Source: a virus
Taxonomy: Duplodnaviria; Heunggongvirae; Uroviricota; Caudoviricetes
Reading direction: 5' to 3' (one strand)
Virus record (IMG/VR): IMGVR_UViG_3300042484_003148
Location: 131,284 to 195,283 of that record
DNA: 64,000 bases
Of this stretch, positions 1-9,111 are shown one piece after another. The notes under the pieces are model-generated. The model made no database searches. It saw nothing but the letters and a program-made list of their open reading frames with translations, and was not told the origin of the DNA. The position numbers were made by a program, and so were the translations under genes. Positions within the stretch are counted from its first letter, which is position 1. Each line of letters begins with the position of its first letter.

Positions 1-960
1 AATCGGAGGAATTTCACCAAAAGCTGTGTTATTTAAATAACCATCTAAACCATTATAAACACCGCCATTAGTCATTGCTGTATTAAATAAATCATAATCA
101 CCATTACCACCACCAAATGTTATTTTACATAAACCATTATGTGTAAATTCAGTAATAAATTTTTTAGTTACCTTATCCCAAACACCCGTTTTTAATGAAC
201 TATTATTATTTGAAGCTTTAAAAATTCTATCTTGTAACAAATAATCAACCTCATACCATAACTTAGTTGAATCATAAAAATCGGCATTAACAGGGTCCGG
301 ATTAGTTAAACCTGGTAATACAATTATTTGGTCAACTTGTATAATATCTGTTTCAGGTAAATTAAAAGATAAAAATGGTTTATAATTACTTGATGTTACT
401 GAACGTGAAAATATCCTAGTTATACCATTATAAACAACCTCACTTTTTGTTATATCGTAACTTAAAACTTTTTCATCAGCAGAAATATTAGGTTTTATAG
501 TTCTATTAGGGAAACCCAAAGCACTTGTATCACTATCAAAATCAACATCACTTCTTAACTCAAAAACTTGTCCACCACCAACAACTTGTGTACCTGCTTT
601 CAATATAGGTAAATATTTTGAATCATAAGTATCACCCAAAACAGGAACTGTAAATGTAAATGAAACTATTGTAACAGAACCTCTTTTGTTAGGAACCTTT
701 AAACCCATATTCTTTGCAATGCTAAAGATAGACCTTCTTTCTTGTGCAAACTCTAATTGTGTTTCCTGAAAACGTCTGTTTATTTGATAATTTAAACTAT
801 CACCCAAACCAGCAATCAACTCAATAAATAAAACACCTAAATCGTTCTCTGTAAAATCAGACAAACTATCAGGATAATACTGTTTAACGTAATTTATTAA
901 ATCCTCTCTAATAGATAAGAAATCTCTAGAACTATAATTAAGTTGTTTGGATGTAGCCAT
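1..960 (-). CDS. Baseplate wedge protein, T4 gp6-like (partial; extends past window start)
   Basis: Reverse-strand ORF starts at ATG 960-958 and stays open to position 1. Its N-terminus (MATSKQLNYSSRDFLSIREDLINYVKQYYPDSLSDFTENDLGVLFIELIAGLGDSLNYQ...ERRSIFSIAKNMGLK) matches the conserved N-terminal pattern of T4 gp6-family baseplate wedge proteins (F.EIK.NLIEWL...DF.GS.L..L.DLLAY....A.RSS...A...GY). Confidence 0.5.
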   Translation of the reverse strand, partial: MATSKQLNYSSRDFLSIREDLINYVKQYYPDSLSDFTENDLGVLFIELIAGLGDSLNYQINRRFQETQLEFAQERRSIFSIAKNMGLKVPNKRGSVTIVSFTFTVPVLGDTYDSKYLPILKAGTQVVGGGQVFELRSDVDFDSDTSALGFPNRTIKPNISADEKVLSYDITKSEVVYNGITRIFSRSVTSSNYKPFLSFNLPETDIIQVDQIIVLPGLTNPDPVNADFYDSTKLWYEVDYLLQDRIFKASNNNSSLKTGVWDKVTKKFITEFTHNGLCKITFGGGNGDYDLFNTAMTNGGVYNGLDGYLNNTAFGEIPPI

Positions 961-1039
961 TAATGTAAAAATCTTTTTTTATAAATAGCTTGGAACTAAA
1001 TAAATTATTTTGTATGTTTGTGTACTTAAATGTTATGTT

Positions 1040-1177
1040 ATGGAAGAAAAACTAGAAAAATTATCAATAGCTGAGTTAAAAATCGTAATTGATGAATCAG
1101 AAAAAATGCGAAAACCTAAACTAAAACAGGTTGCTGAAAAAGTTTTAAAAAATAAAATTAACGAACTGGGTAAATGA
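1040..1177 (+). CDS. small hypothetical protein (45 aa), translationally coupled to next gene
   Basis: ATG at 1040; the stop TGA overlaps the ATG of the 1174 gene (ATGA). Not in the ORF track because it is under 60 aa. Confidence 0.3.
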   Translation: MEEKLEKLSIAELKIVIDESEKMRKPKLKQVAEKVLKNKINELGK

Positions 1178-2028
1178 AAAAGAAACAAATTATAAATACC
1201 AAAGATAGTAGAACTTACCACGTTGGTTCACTTAAGTATGATTTTGAATCATTATTTGAAAATAATGATTTTTATAACAATAATGAAGTCTTTAATATTA
1301 ATTACTTTACATTTCATGTAGAATTACCTTGTGATAATGGTGAAGTTTGTACTGACACTTTTAATGTAAAAGAAATTGTTACTCAAAATAAATTAAACGA
1401 TTTAGTTTTAAGTATTGTTCTTGATAAACATTTTGAAACTAGATTTAACAGTGTAATTGATGTTGAAAATTATTTAAAAATGTTTTTAGATGATTATATA
1501 TTATTTTCATATTCAAAAAAAGTTAATAAGTTCTTTATAGTTAAACCAGAACAAGTTATTAAAAATGCTGAAACATATTTTTTATTTGCATCATTAGCTA
1601 ATGAACCCTTACAAGAACTAGAAGAAAAAGGAGAAATTGTAGATATAATACTTGATACAGTAGAAGAATGTCTAGGTGACAATACATTAGGTTGTATTGG
1701 AATTGATGGAAAAACATGGTTTAATATTTATAAAACTGAAGATAAAGGGTTAATATTTAATGAAACATTTGATGATTTTTACGATACTCTATTTAAAGAA
1801 TTTAATAAACGTAAAAACCAACCTACTTATATTTTCATTAAAGTTGTTACTAATCCAGAAATATCGTTAGATGAACAATATTTAGAATTTTATGGTATTT
1901 GTTGTCTTAAAAATAATACTAACGAATACGAAATAGGTTTTGTTAGTGCAGAGGGTTTAAAACAATGCGTTAAACCTAATGGTGATAAAATAATTTACTG
2001 TGATTTAGAAGGAAATAAAATTAACTAA
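1174..2028 (+). CDS. hypothetical protein, tandem paralog 1
   Basis: 284-aa ORF that shares motifs with the downstream 2031..2948 ORF (LNDLVLSIVLDKHFE...DYLKMFLDDY and C-terminal DLEGNKI). Confidence 0.6.
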   Translation: MKKKQIINTKDSRTYHVGSLKYDFESLFENNDFYNNNEVFNINYFTFHVELPCDNGEVCTDTFNVKEIVTQNKLNDLVLSIVLDKHFETRFNSVIDVENYLKMFLDDYILFSYSKKVNKFFIVKPEQVIKNAETYFLFASLANEPLQELEEKGEIVDIILDTVEECLGDNTLGCIGIDGKTWFNIYKTEDKGLIFNETFDDFYDTLFKEFNKRKNQPTYIFIKVVTNPEISLDEQYLEFYGICCLKNNTNEYEIGFVSAEGLKQCVKPNGDKIIYCDLEGNKIN

Positions 2029-2030
2029 AT

Positions 2031-2948
2031 ATGAACTACAAAGCTAAACAAAAGAAAGAGTATTTTATCGTTTCTAGTGAAGAAATAAATTGGTCAGATG
2101 TTGAAACACAGAATTTTGATATAACTGATTTTGATAGTGAATTACAATATCATGTAGAAATACCTTTAATATCAGGTTCATCAATTACTAGTGATAACAA
2201 AAATCACAAAGATATTATCAAAACCAAAAAACTAAGTGATTTGGTTCTTTTAATTGAATCAGAAGGTTTTTATGAAGATGACTTTACTGAATCAGATGAT
2301 TTTGTTGATTATTTACATAGTTGGTTAGATTTCTACAAAATTTGTTGTTACAATAAAACAACAAAAAAATATTCTATTTGCAAAACTGAAAATGTTATTA
2401 ATTGCTACAATCAAACTGAAGAAGAATTAAATTCATGGAATAATAATATCATTAGTAAACCAGAAATTAGTTTTGATTTAGACAAAATTGGTTTTGATGA
2501 ATCATTATATAAAAGTAGTTTCAAAAACTTAGAATCAGCTTTAAATAAAAGTCTAGGTGATAAATTTAACTTTGGTGTGGTTTACTGTTCAAACAATTTA
2601 ATCTTTGATGTTAATAAAAATAACAAAGGTGAAATTAGTTATGGTACTTTCTTTACTCATCACGAAAAAATAAAACGTGACATTGCTTTATATTTAGCAC
2701 AAGATATTGCACTTGGTATGACTTTTAAAGTTTATACAAAAGGTAAAGATGTGGAAGATAAAAAACAGTTCTTTGAAGTTTACGGTTTCGCTTTAATTAA
2801 CAAACCAAATGTTGATTATATATTTGATATAATGAATGTCACTGCCGAAGAAGTTAAAGATTCTTATAAAACTGACATAAACAAACAACCTGAACACTTT
2901 AAAAACTATGTTTTCTCTGATTTAGAAGGAAACAGAATAATTATTTAA
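2031..2948 (+). CDS. hypothetical protein, tandem paralog 2
   Basis: 305-aa ORF paralogous to 1174..2028 (LSDLVLLIESEGF...DYLHSWLDFY, C-terminal DLEGNRI). Confidence 0.6.
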   Translation: MNYKAKQKKEYFIVSSEEINWSDVETQNFDITDFDSELQYHVEIPLISGSSITSDNKNHKDIIKTKKLSDLVLLIESEGFYEDDFTESDDFVDYLHSWLDFYKICCYNKTTKKYSICKTENVINCYNQTEEELNSWNNNIISKPEISFDLDKIGFDESLYKSSFKNLESALNKSLGDKFNFGVVYCSNNLIFDVNKNNKGEISYGTFFTHHEKIKRDIALYLAQDIALGMTFKVYTKGKDVEDKKQFFEVYGFALINKPNVDYIFDIMNVTAEEVKDSYKTDINKQPEHFKNYVFSDLEGNRIII

Positions 2949-2951
2949 ATA

Positions 2952-3365
2952 ATGGAAATAAAACCAGGACTATCTTTAGTTTCAACTAAAGAATATTTTG
3001 AATTACTTAAATTCAAAGAAACTATCGAAAACAAAGGTACTGTTATTGTAAGTGAAGGTAATCGTTTTAACGGTTATCTTGATACTAAATTCAGCTTCTT
3101 AACTGAAAATGAAACTCTTGATAATTTATCTAAAAAGATAGAAACTTTAACAAAAGAAAATGTTTTATTAAAGGATGAAAACAATGTATTAAAAACTGAA
3201 AATAAAATTTTGAAATCTGATATTTTGTCTTTAAAATCGGTTAATTCTACATTAGAAAAAGGTAATGAATTATTATCTAATCAAATTCTAGAATTGACAC
3301 CTAAAGTATTAATACACGAACCTAATTGGTTTCAAAAACTATTTAAAATAAATATTTTTAGATGA
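2952..3365 (+). CDS. coiled-coil protein
   Basis: 137 aa with leucine/lysine heptad-like repeats (LTKENVLLKDENNVLKTENKILKSDILSLKS). Confidence 0.5.
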   Translation: MEIKPGLSLVSTKEYFELLKFKETIENKGTVIVSEGNRFNGYLDTKFSFLTENETLDNLSKKIETLTKENVLLKDENNVLKTENKILKSDILSLKSVNSTLEKGNELLSNQILELTPKVLIHEPNWFQKLFKINIFR

Positions 3366-3571
3366 CACAACAACAGTTAGAAATCATTGATAGATTATAT
3401 TCGTTTTACGCTATCAACAAGGAAGAATATAACATTTTAGTAGGAAATACTAACCAAGATACTTGCGTTAAATGTAGATGCTCAAAATGCACCAAAAACG
3501 AAAGATATGAAATACCGTATTCTCTTTATTCCAAAGATGGTACTATCAACTATAGTAAACATGGTTGTTAA
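3362..3571 (+). CDS. small Cys-rich protein
   Basis: 69 aa; ATGA overlap with the upstream gene; contains CVKCRCSKC...HGC. Confidence 0.45.
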   Translation: MTQQQLEIIDRLYSFYAINKEEYNILVGNTNQDTCVKCRCSKCTKNERYEIPYSLYSKDGTINYSKHGC

Positions 3572-3583
3572 ACATTATATTAT

Positions 3584-3835
3584 TTATTTTAAATAAAAAA
3601 CTCTTCTTAAATTAATAGGAAGAGTTTTTTGTTTTAATGAGGTTATAAATTGCTCAAGTAAAATCTCAATATTAGTTTCATATTTATCACTAATCTTACC
3701 ACATGTATTACATTTTATTTTAACTAAACTTTGACTATTTTTATAATTTTCATGTACTAACGAATAATCAAACTTACCGATACCATGTATATATTCAGAT
3801 TCTTCAATAAATTGTTCAACAGGTATTGGTTTCAA
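3584..3835 (-). CDS. zinc-ribbon protein (HG-x-GK-x-DYS ... C-x2-CG motif), paralog of 5365..5550
   Basis: 83 aa with IHGIGKFDYSLVHENYKNSQSLVKIKCNTCG. The same motif occurs in the 5365..5550 ORF. The module resembles zinc ribbons seen in phage homing-endonuclease-like proteins, but that family assignment is uncertain. Confidence 0.45.
   Translation of the reverse strand: MKPIPVEQFIEESEYIHGIGKFDYSLVHENYKNSQSLVKIKCNTCGKISDKYETNIEILLEQFITSLKQKTLPINLRRVFYLK
3594..3632. terminator. bidirectional rho-independent terminator hairpin
   Basis: Stem AAAAAACTCTTC...GAAGAGTTTTTT between convergent genes. Confidence 0.6.
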
Positions 3836-3966
3836 AACATTACAGTTTAAAATTTCATAGTATTTTATACTATTACTCTTCTTTTGTGGACTTTGACCTC
3901 ACACTGGGTTAACTGCCAACCCTCTATCGGTTTCATGTTCCGTTTGGAACAATCCGCCCTTGCGTT
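3836..3966 (-). ncRNA. candidate omega/right-end guide RNA scaffold of the TnpB element
   Basis: A GC-rich, hairpin-rich stretch (GUUCCAAACGGAAC, GGGUUGGCAGUUAACCC on the minus strand) lies immediately 3' of the tnpB stop. This is where TnpB reRNAs are encoded. Its composition is sharply different from the flanking AT-rich DNA. Confidence 0.45.
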
Positions 3967-5268
3967 TTATATTATTATCGGTACTAATTTACAGCGACTG
4001 CTGTCTAAGAACCTACCGATACTTAACATATACTTTCTTAGTATATTATAACTACCATTCACATCTGAGTTAACTTTGATGTTGTTTTTACTAACGTACA
4101 AACCTCTTAGCTTACGACTTCCACTGAAACTGTAATTCTTAGCTTGGTTTTTATTATAAGTTGGTATCAAGTCATCATCAACAAAGCTCGCTTGTGATGT
4201 GTAACTTTCCTCTTGTTCCACAACAACGTTACCTATCAACTCACTTTTGTACTTTAACTGTTGAGTTAATTTAGTATAAGGTATCGAAACGAAGTTTTGG
4301 TTAACTTTCTTTGACATATTTACTTCGTCTTTCCAACCTTTGTTACAACCTACAACTATTGTACCAATATTATACTGTAAACATAGTTGCAATATTTTGT
4401 TTGTGTACTCATGAAACTCATGTTCAATTTTACAGTTACGTTTGTGAGTTAAAGTGTTAATCTTATTTGAGTTCTGTAAGATTTGAGGGTTTCCTTCTTT
4501 GTCTTTCAAACTAGAATGATTTGGTAGTTGCGACTGCAACTCTGCTCTGACTTTATTATAAAACTGATTTATTGATTTAACATGACCACCTTTAATTATA
4601 CGAGGCTGAAAGCCTTCTACATTTGATGTTATGGTCATTAAATTGTTAACTCCGTAATCAATACTTATAATATTATCTTTATTTAAGTTCATGTTCTTTT
4701 CTTCTACATCATAAACAACTTCAATTTTATATTTTTTATTTGACATTGGTACTAATCGTACCATTTTCAAAACACCGTTGTGTTTGTTAATGACAGGTAC
4801 TTCAATGTTAGTTCCACTAAGTTTAATAAAACCTTGTTTTAATTTAGTTTTAGATATTGCACCAAGTTCATACGTTACTACGTAACGACCTTTGGTTTTG
4901 TGCAAGTAGTTAGGTAACTTTGGTCTGCCTGTTAAACAGTCTTTATTACTTTTGTACTTTTTACAAAGAGCAAAGAAAGATTTAAAGTTTTTATCAACCA
5001 ACATAAGAGTTTGATTACTAACTTTACGTGGTAATTCACAATAATCAACATCTTTACTGTCAACAAATTGTCTATTAATAGTATTATAATTAAAATAATT
5101 TGCATGGTCAACCATGCCTTGTTCTTTTAATTTGGAAGTATTAATAAATTCTTGTCTTACAGTATAGAGAGCTTTATTATACAGATTTTTACTTTTAAAA
5201 CACAGAGAATCAATCTCTTCATAGAAGCGATGTGATTTATTAATTATGTGTTTTTCGGTATTGTACAT
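3967..5268 (-). CDS. tnpB: TnpB-like RNA-guided nuclease (IS605/IS607 OrfB family), zinc-finger-less variant
   Basis: 433 aa. RuvC-I ISIDYGVNN, TSQ motif, and RuvC-III NSDVNGSYNILRKY (equivalent to D-x-NAA-x-NI). All four zinc-finger cysteines after TSQ are replaced (SQASFVDDD...FSGSRKLRG). The canonical IxxEDL reads IVVGCNKGWKDE. About 90% identical to the partial ORF at 63102..64000. Confidence 0.8.
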   Translation of the reverse strand: MYNTEKHIINKSHRFYEEIDSLCFKSKNLYNKALYTVRQEFINTSKLKEQGMVDHANYFNYNTINRQFVDSKDVDYCELPRKVSNQTLMLVDKNFKSFFALCKKYKSNKDCLTGRPKLPNYLHKTKGRYVVTYELGAISKTKLKQGFIKLSGTNIEVPVINKHNGVLKMVRLVPMSNKKYKIEVVYDVEEKNMNLNKDNIISIDYGVNNLMTITSNVEGFQPRIIKGGHVKSINQFYNKVRAELQSQLPNHSSLKDKEGNPQILQNSNKINTLTHKRNCKIEHEFHEYTNKILQLCLQYNIGTIVVGCNKGWKDEVNMSKKVNQNFVSIPYTKLTQQLKYKSELIGNVVVEQEESYTSQASFVDDDLIPTYNKNQAKNYSFSGSRKLRGLYVSKNNIKVNSDVNGSYNILRKYMLSIGRFLDSSRCKLVPIII

Positions 5269-5364
5269 TAACAGTTATTATTTATTATAAATAGTTTGTT
5301 TTATAAAATAAATATGTTAAATTTACATAAAACTAACATAAAGTTCTATGTTAGATGGTTGCTT

Positions 5365-5550
5365 TTAAACACAACCTCTTCTTTCATTTAGATGTCTATA
5401 CGGCGTATTAAAAAATGTGGTTCCGCATTTATTACATTTAATTTCCACTTTTGTATCCACATTTTTGTAAACTACGTTACTATAATCATAACGTCCATCT
5501 CCATGTATACTCTTACCTTTTTCTATAAAATTTTTTAATTTGTCTTCCAT
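5365..5550 (-). CDS. zinc-ribbon protein paralog (HG-x-G-x-YDYS ... CNKCG)
   Basis: 61 aa with IHGDGRYDYSNVVYKNVDTKVEIKCNKCG; paralog of 3584..3835 on the other side of tnpB. Confidence 0.45.
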   Translation of the reverse strand: MEDKLKNFIEKGKSIHGDGRYDYSNVVYKNVDTKVEIKCNKCGTTFFNTPYRHLNERRGCV

Positions 5551-5611
5551 TTTATTTTAAATTAAAAAACCTGATATTAACTAAAATACCAGGTCACACT
5601 TGTTTAATGTT

Positions 5612-5758
5612 TTATTTTACTGAATCTTTAGCTAAAGAATCCACTTTAACTACTACCGAGTCAACCTTAGTTGAATCTACTGAATCAGTTTTTTTAGTTT
5701 CACCACAAGATAATAAAGCGAAACTTACACAGATAATTGGAACTAATAATTTTTTCAT
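5612..5758 (-). CDS. small putative lipoprotein (48 aa)
   Basis: MKKLLVPIICVSFALLSCGE: signal peptide plus lipobox, followed by Ser/Asp/Val repeats. Under 60 aa, so absent from the ORF track. Confidence 0.3.
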   Translation of the reverse strand: MKKLLVPIICVSFALLSCGETKKTDSVDSTKVDSVVVKVDSLAKDSVK

Positions 5759-5856
5759 TTAATGAAATTTTTGGTTTAAAATTAAAGATTAGACAAAAAT
5801 ACAAAAAGCTTGGAATAAATCCAAGCTTTTCATACAATTTATTTTCAACTTATTGA

Positions 5857-7560
5857 TTAAGCTCTTAAATCAGAACCTACTGCGTAAGTTGGAATTGCAT
5901 CTACATAAATTTTACCATAGAAACGGTTGTTAATTACTTTAGTTGCAAAACGTGACATTAACATATACACTGAAGTACCATCATTGAAGTTAGTCATTTT
6001 TGGTAACATCATGATTGGAGTGTATGGTGCATACACATAACCTGTTGAGAATATGTCTGACCCCTTGTGTCCAATCAATAATTGAGAACTGGGGCTATAG
6101 TTGTCGACATATAAATCATAACGGTTTTGTAACGAACCAATTTTCTCAATACCCATAGAGAATTTAGTTTCACCAGCAGAAGCATCAGATACGTGGAAAT
6201 ACTCTAAAGAGTTAAACAACGCAGCGATTTCTGGAGAACAAACAATCCAGTTAGCTCCACCACCGTTTAAAGTAGATTTAGAGATAGCAGCTGAGATTTG
6301 ATTAATTTTGATAATTAACTCTTGGTTGTAATCTTGACGAGTAATACCACTTCTTTTTGAGAAACCATTGTAATCAAAACGGTCAATATAAGCAGCACAT
6401 GCACGTAATTCTCTTAAGATTGTACGGTCAATTTCAGTAGAAACTGATTGAGACATAAGAGAAACTAAAGACTCTTCAACATCAAAGTTGTGATAAGCTT
6501 TCGCATCAGCAGCAACCTCTGGAGTGAATGTAGCTCTTAATTTTCTTGGTTCTCCAACATCAATTGTAGTATAAGCTAAATCGAATGAAACCTCAGCAAT
6601 TTCTGAATCTTGCTCTAAATCAGAATATAAAGAATAAGAAGCTGTAAATACTGGTGTACCAGTTGTAGAACCTGATAAAGCGATGTATGAACCATCAGTT
6701 GCACCTGGATAAGTTAAATCTAAAATTAATTTTAAGTTACCGTTAGCATCAACGATAGATTTAGACCAAGACTGTAAACCTAATTTGAATGGAATTTCAG
6801 AACCAGCAGCAACATCATAGTTACCATTAGAAGCAGCGTTACCAACAAAAGCAACGTTTGAAGTAATTTTCAATGAAGCTAAGAATTCTTCAGTATCCAT
6901 TGGGTCTCCAACAGGACCTTGCATTTTTCCACCGTTTGAAGTGAAACCAGTTACGTTAACAGTGAAGAATTTAGTTACACCATTAGTGAAAGTACCACCT
7001 GAAACAACTGGAGCTTTTACAAAGATTTTTCCAGTAGTTCTATCGAACAATGCATCACCATACTCAGTAGCAGTTTGAGCATAATAAGCATCATACAATG
7101 AATAAGTCTCAAATTGAGTTCCGCCTGTTTTACCTGTACGTCTTCCGTCAGCATCTAAAGAATAGTTAGCAGCAGCATTTGAATAAGCACCATCCATTGA
7201 AGTATGTGCATCATTTACTCTTTTAGAAATTTTTGGGTTATAGTAATAGATACGTCCGTTAGGTCTATCTAAAGCTTGAACCGAAACAATTTCGTTAGCA
7301 AGTAATTTTGAGAACACACGTCTAATTACAGGGAATACAACTGTTTCAAAAGAACCAGAAGAATCTGTAGTTGTAGACTCATTTACCATCCAAGAAGCTT
7401 GGTTTTCTAATAATTGAGCCATGTTACCTTTTTGGAAACCGTTAAAACCTTCTAAAAGACCAACAGCATCCCATTTTTGAGCAATTAATTCACGTTGCTC
7501 ACGCATTAAATTTGTACCGATGTTTCCTAATTCACCACCAGCTAATAAACTTCTACTCAT
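5857..7560 (-). CDS. major capsid protein (T4 gp23-like)
   Basis: 567 aa. It has the highest GC and the most biased codon usage in the window. Its N-terminus (MSRSLLAGGELGNIGTNLMREQRELIAQKWDAVGLL) resembles a gp23-type propeptide region. It sits immediately downstream of the scaffold and protease genes in T4 head-gene order. Confidence 0.6.
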   Translation of the reverse strand: MSRSLLAGGELGNIGTNLMREQRELIAQKWDAVGLLEGFNGFQKGNMAQLLENQASWMVNESTTTDSSGSFETVVFPVIRRVFSKLLANEIVSVQALDRPNGRIYYYNPKISKRVNDAHTSMDGAYSNAAANYSLDADGRRTGKTGGTQFETYSLYDAYYAQTATEYGDALFDRTTGKIFVKAPVVSGGTFTNGVTKFFTVNVTGFTSNGGKMQGPVGDPMDTEEFLASLKITSNVAFVGNAASNGNYDVAAGSEIPFKLGLQSWSKSIVDANGNLKLILDLTYPGATDGSYIALSGSTTGTPVFTASYSLYSDLEQDSEIAEVSFDLAYTTIDVGEPRKLRATFTPEVAADAKAYHNFDVEESLVSLMSQSVSTEIDRTILRELRACAAYIDRFDYNGFSKRSGITRQDYNQELIIKINQISAAISKSTLNGGGANWIVCSPEIAALFNSLEYFHVSDASAGETKFSMGIEKIGSLQNRYDLYVDNYSPSSQLLIGHKGSDIFSTGYVYAPYTPIMMLPKMTNFNDGTSVYMLMSRFATKVINNRFYGKIYVDAIPTYAVGSDLRA

Positions 7561-7590
7561 TTTGTTTTTTTAAATTATTTTAGTTAGTTT

Positions 7591-7601
7591 TATTTAAATA
7601 G
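7591..7601 (-). promoter_or_regulatory. late-promoter-like motif (CTATTTAAATA) upstream of major capsid gene
   Basis: On the sense strand it reads CTATTTAAATAAAACTAACTAAAATAATTT, about 35 nt before the ATG. The same motif recurs before the scaffold gene (9044..9055), the sheath gene (18343..18354), the 27391..28641 gene (28658..28669), tnpA (62500..62511) and others. Confidence 0.45.
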
Positions 7602-7616
7602 ATAAAAAATTATTTT

Positions 7617-9023
7617 TTAAAGTAATTTTTTCCATCTAGCAACTAACGGATTAGTTTGTGTTTGTTCACCAGCTGCTTCGTTAAGTTTTTTACTATTAAC
7701 TTCATCAGTGGCAAGGATTGTTGTTCTAGTTATTTTATCATTAATAGATTCCTTAACTAAAGTTTTTGTTGAACTAGAAAAACTTTCATTTAAATTACCG
7801 TAACATGCTTTAGCACCTTCGATAGTATCAACTGACATAAATTCTCTAATTACTTTAATTTTCTCATCTTTTGATAAGTCGTGTTCTAGGAACAACTGAT
7901 TAACATGGGAAGTTTTATGTGACAACACTGTTGCCTCGTACAATTTTTCCTTGATTTTATCAAGGCTCTTTAAACTTTCTGTGTTATTTTTTTTAAGTTC
8001 AGTATTTTCAGCAATTAATTTTTCAGCAAGTGATTTTAATTGTTCAAAACCTTCACGTATAGTACCTTTATCTTTATTATATTCTCCGTATTGAGAAGGT
8101 TTAGCATTTACTGATTTAGCGTTAGCGAAACTTCTTGAAGTACCTTCTTCTAAATCATCACCTTCTTGTTCAAATTGACCAGCAATTCTTTCAGCAATAT
8201 CAAAAATTTGATATTCTTGGTCTTCGTTAGCTGGTGCAAATTTATCCGTTAATTTATTTCCTAAAGCTTCAACATTTAATTGGTTATTTGAATCAACTAA
8301 ATCAGAAGCTTCATGTTGAATTAAATATTTAGCAAAAGATTCAACCGCTTTAATATTTAATGGTGTTGAATCAACCTCGGTATTTTCTACTTCAGTATTT
8401 TCAATTTCATTATCAACATCTAAATCATCTGAACCTAAAGCGTTAATAGCTTCTTCTAATTCAGCATCTGTAATTTCTGAATCATCATTATCAACAATAA
8501 CATCAGCTGATTCTTCACTTTCAATTTCTTTTAATAGTGCATTAACTTCTTCTTCTGATAAATTATTTAAAAAATCATCAGTGTCACCATTTTCACCTTC
8601 TTTAGGTTCTAAATTTCCAACCTCAGATTTAATTTCATCTTGTGAAATAGGTTCTTGTTCCTCACCTTTGTTAAATTCAGGCATTTCTGTATCTGTATTA
8701 TCTGTCGTTAGTTTAGTTTCATCAGAACTAGTATTATCTACATCAGTTGTATCAACATCAGCGTTAATTAATCCTTCAATATCAACATCATTTAATATTG
8801 AATTAATAAAATCAACATCATGTTCACCTTCTTGATTTTCAATTCCTGATTCTGGTGTATTTACTGGTGCGTCATTATCTAAATTTTCTTCACCTTCAAA
8901 AAGTCGTGCAAGTTTATTATCAAGGTGTTTTTTTGATTCTTTGATAACTTCTTTATTAGCAACTTTAGAAACGGTGTTTTTAATTTCTTTTAAATCAGCA
9001 ACTGCTTTTTTTATTACACTCAT
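7617..9023 (-). CDS. prohead scaffold/core protein (acidic, coiled-coil; gp22-like)
   Basis: 468 aa, extremely acidic (D/E runs) and coiled-coil, located between the protease-like and capsid genes. Confidence 0.5.
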   Translation of the reverse strand: MSVIKKAVADLKEIKNTVSKVANKEVIKESKKHLDNKLARLFEGEENLDNDAPVNTPESGIENQEGEHDVDFINSILNDVDIEGLINADVDTTDVDNTSSDETKLTTDNTDTEMPEFNKGEEQEPISQDEIKSEVGNLEPKEGENGDTDDFLNNLSEEEVNALLKEIESEESADVIVDNDDSEITDAELEEAINALGSDDLDVDNEIENTEVENTEVDSTPLNIKAVESFAKYLIQHEASDLVDSNNQLNVEALGNKLTDKFAPANEDQEYQIFDIAERIAGQFEQEGDDLEEGTSRSFANAKSVNAKPSQYGEYNKDKGTIREGFEQLKSLAEKLIAENTELKKNNTESLKSLDKIKEKLYEATVLSHKTSHVNQLFLEHDLSKDEKIKVIREFMSVDTIEGAKACYGNLNESFSSSTKTLVKESINDKITRTTILATDEVNSKKLNEAAGEQTQTNPLVARWKKLL

Positions 9024-9111
9024 TTTTTAGTTTTATTTTAAATAGTAATTTTTATTTTATTAAATATTTGTTTTTATGTTAAAACTTTTTTAATAAATTA
9101 TTTTAGTAGTT

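Larger units (their letters stand above)
3836..5300 (-). mobile_element. tnpB-only IS-like element (IS1341-like arrangement) with candidate right-end RNA region
   Basis: tnpB has no adjacent transposase and carries a GC-rich structured 3' flank. Similarity to the second copy begins about 20 nt upstream of the ATG. Confidence 0.5.

Noticed and set aside
1033-1221. Minus-strand 62-aa ORF
   Set aside because: It overlaps the plus-strand micro-ORF and gene start. It is low-complexity and serine/phenylalanine-rich, which is typical of an antisense reading of AT-rich coding DNA.
8581-8835. Plus-strand 84-aa ORF inside the scaffold gene
   Set aside because: It is the antisense frame of the acidic scaffold gene, encoding Ser/Leu repeats. 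It has no start context.
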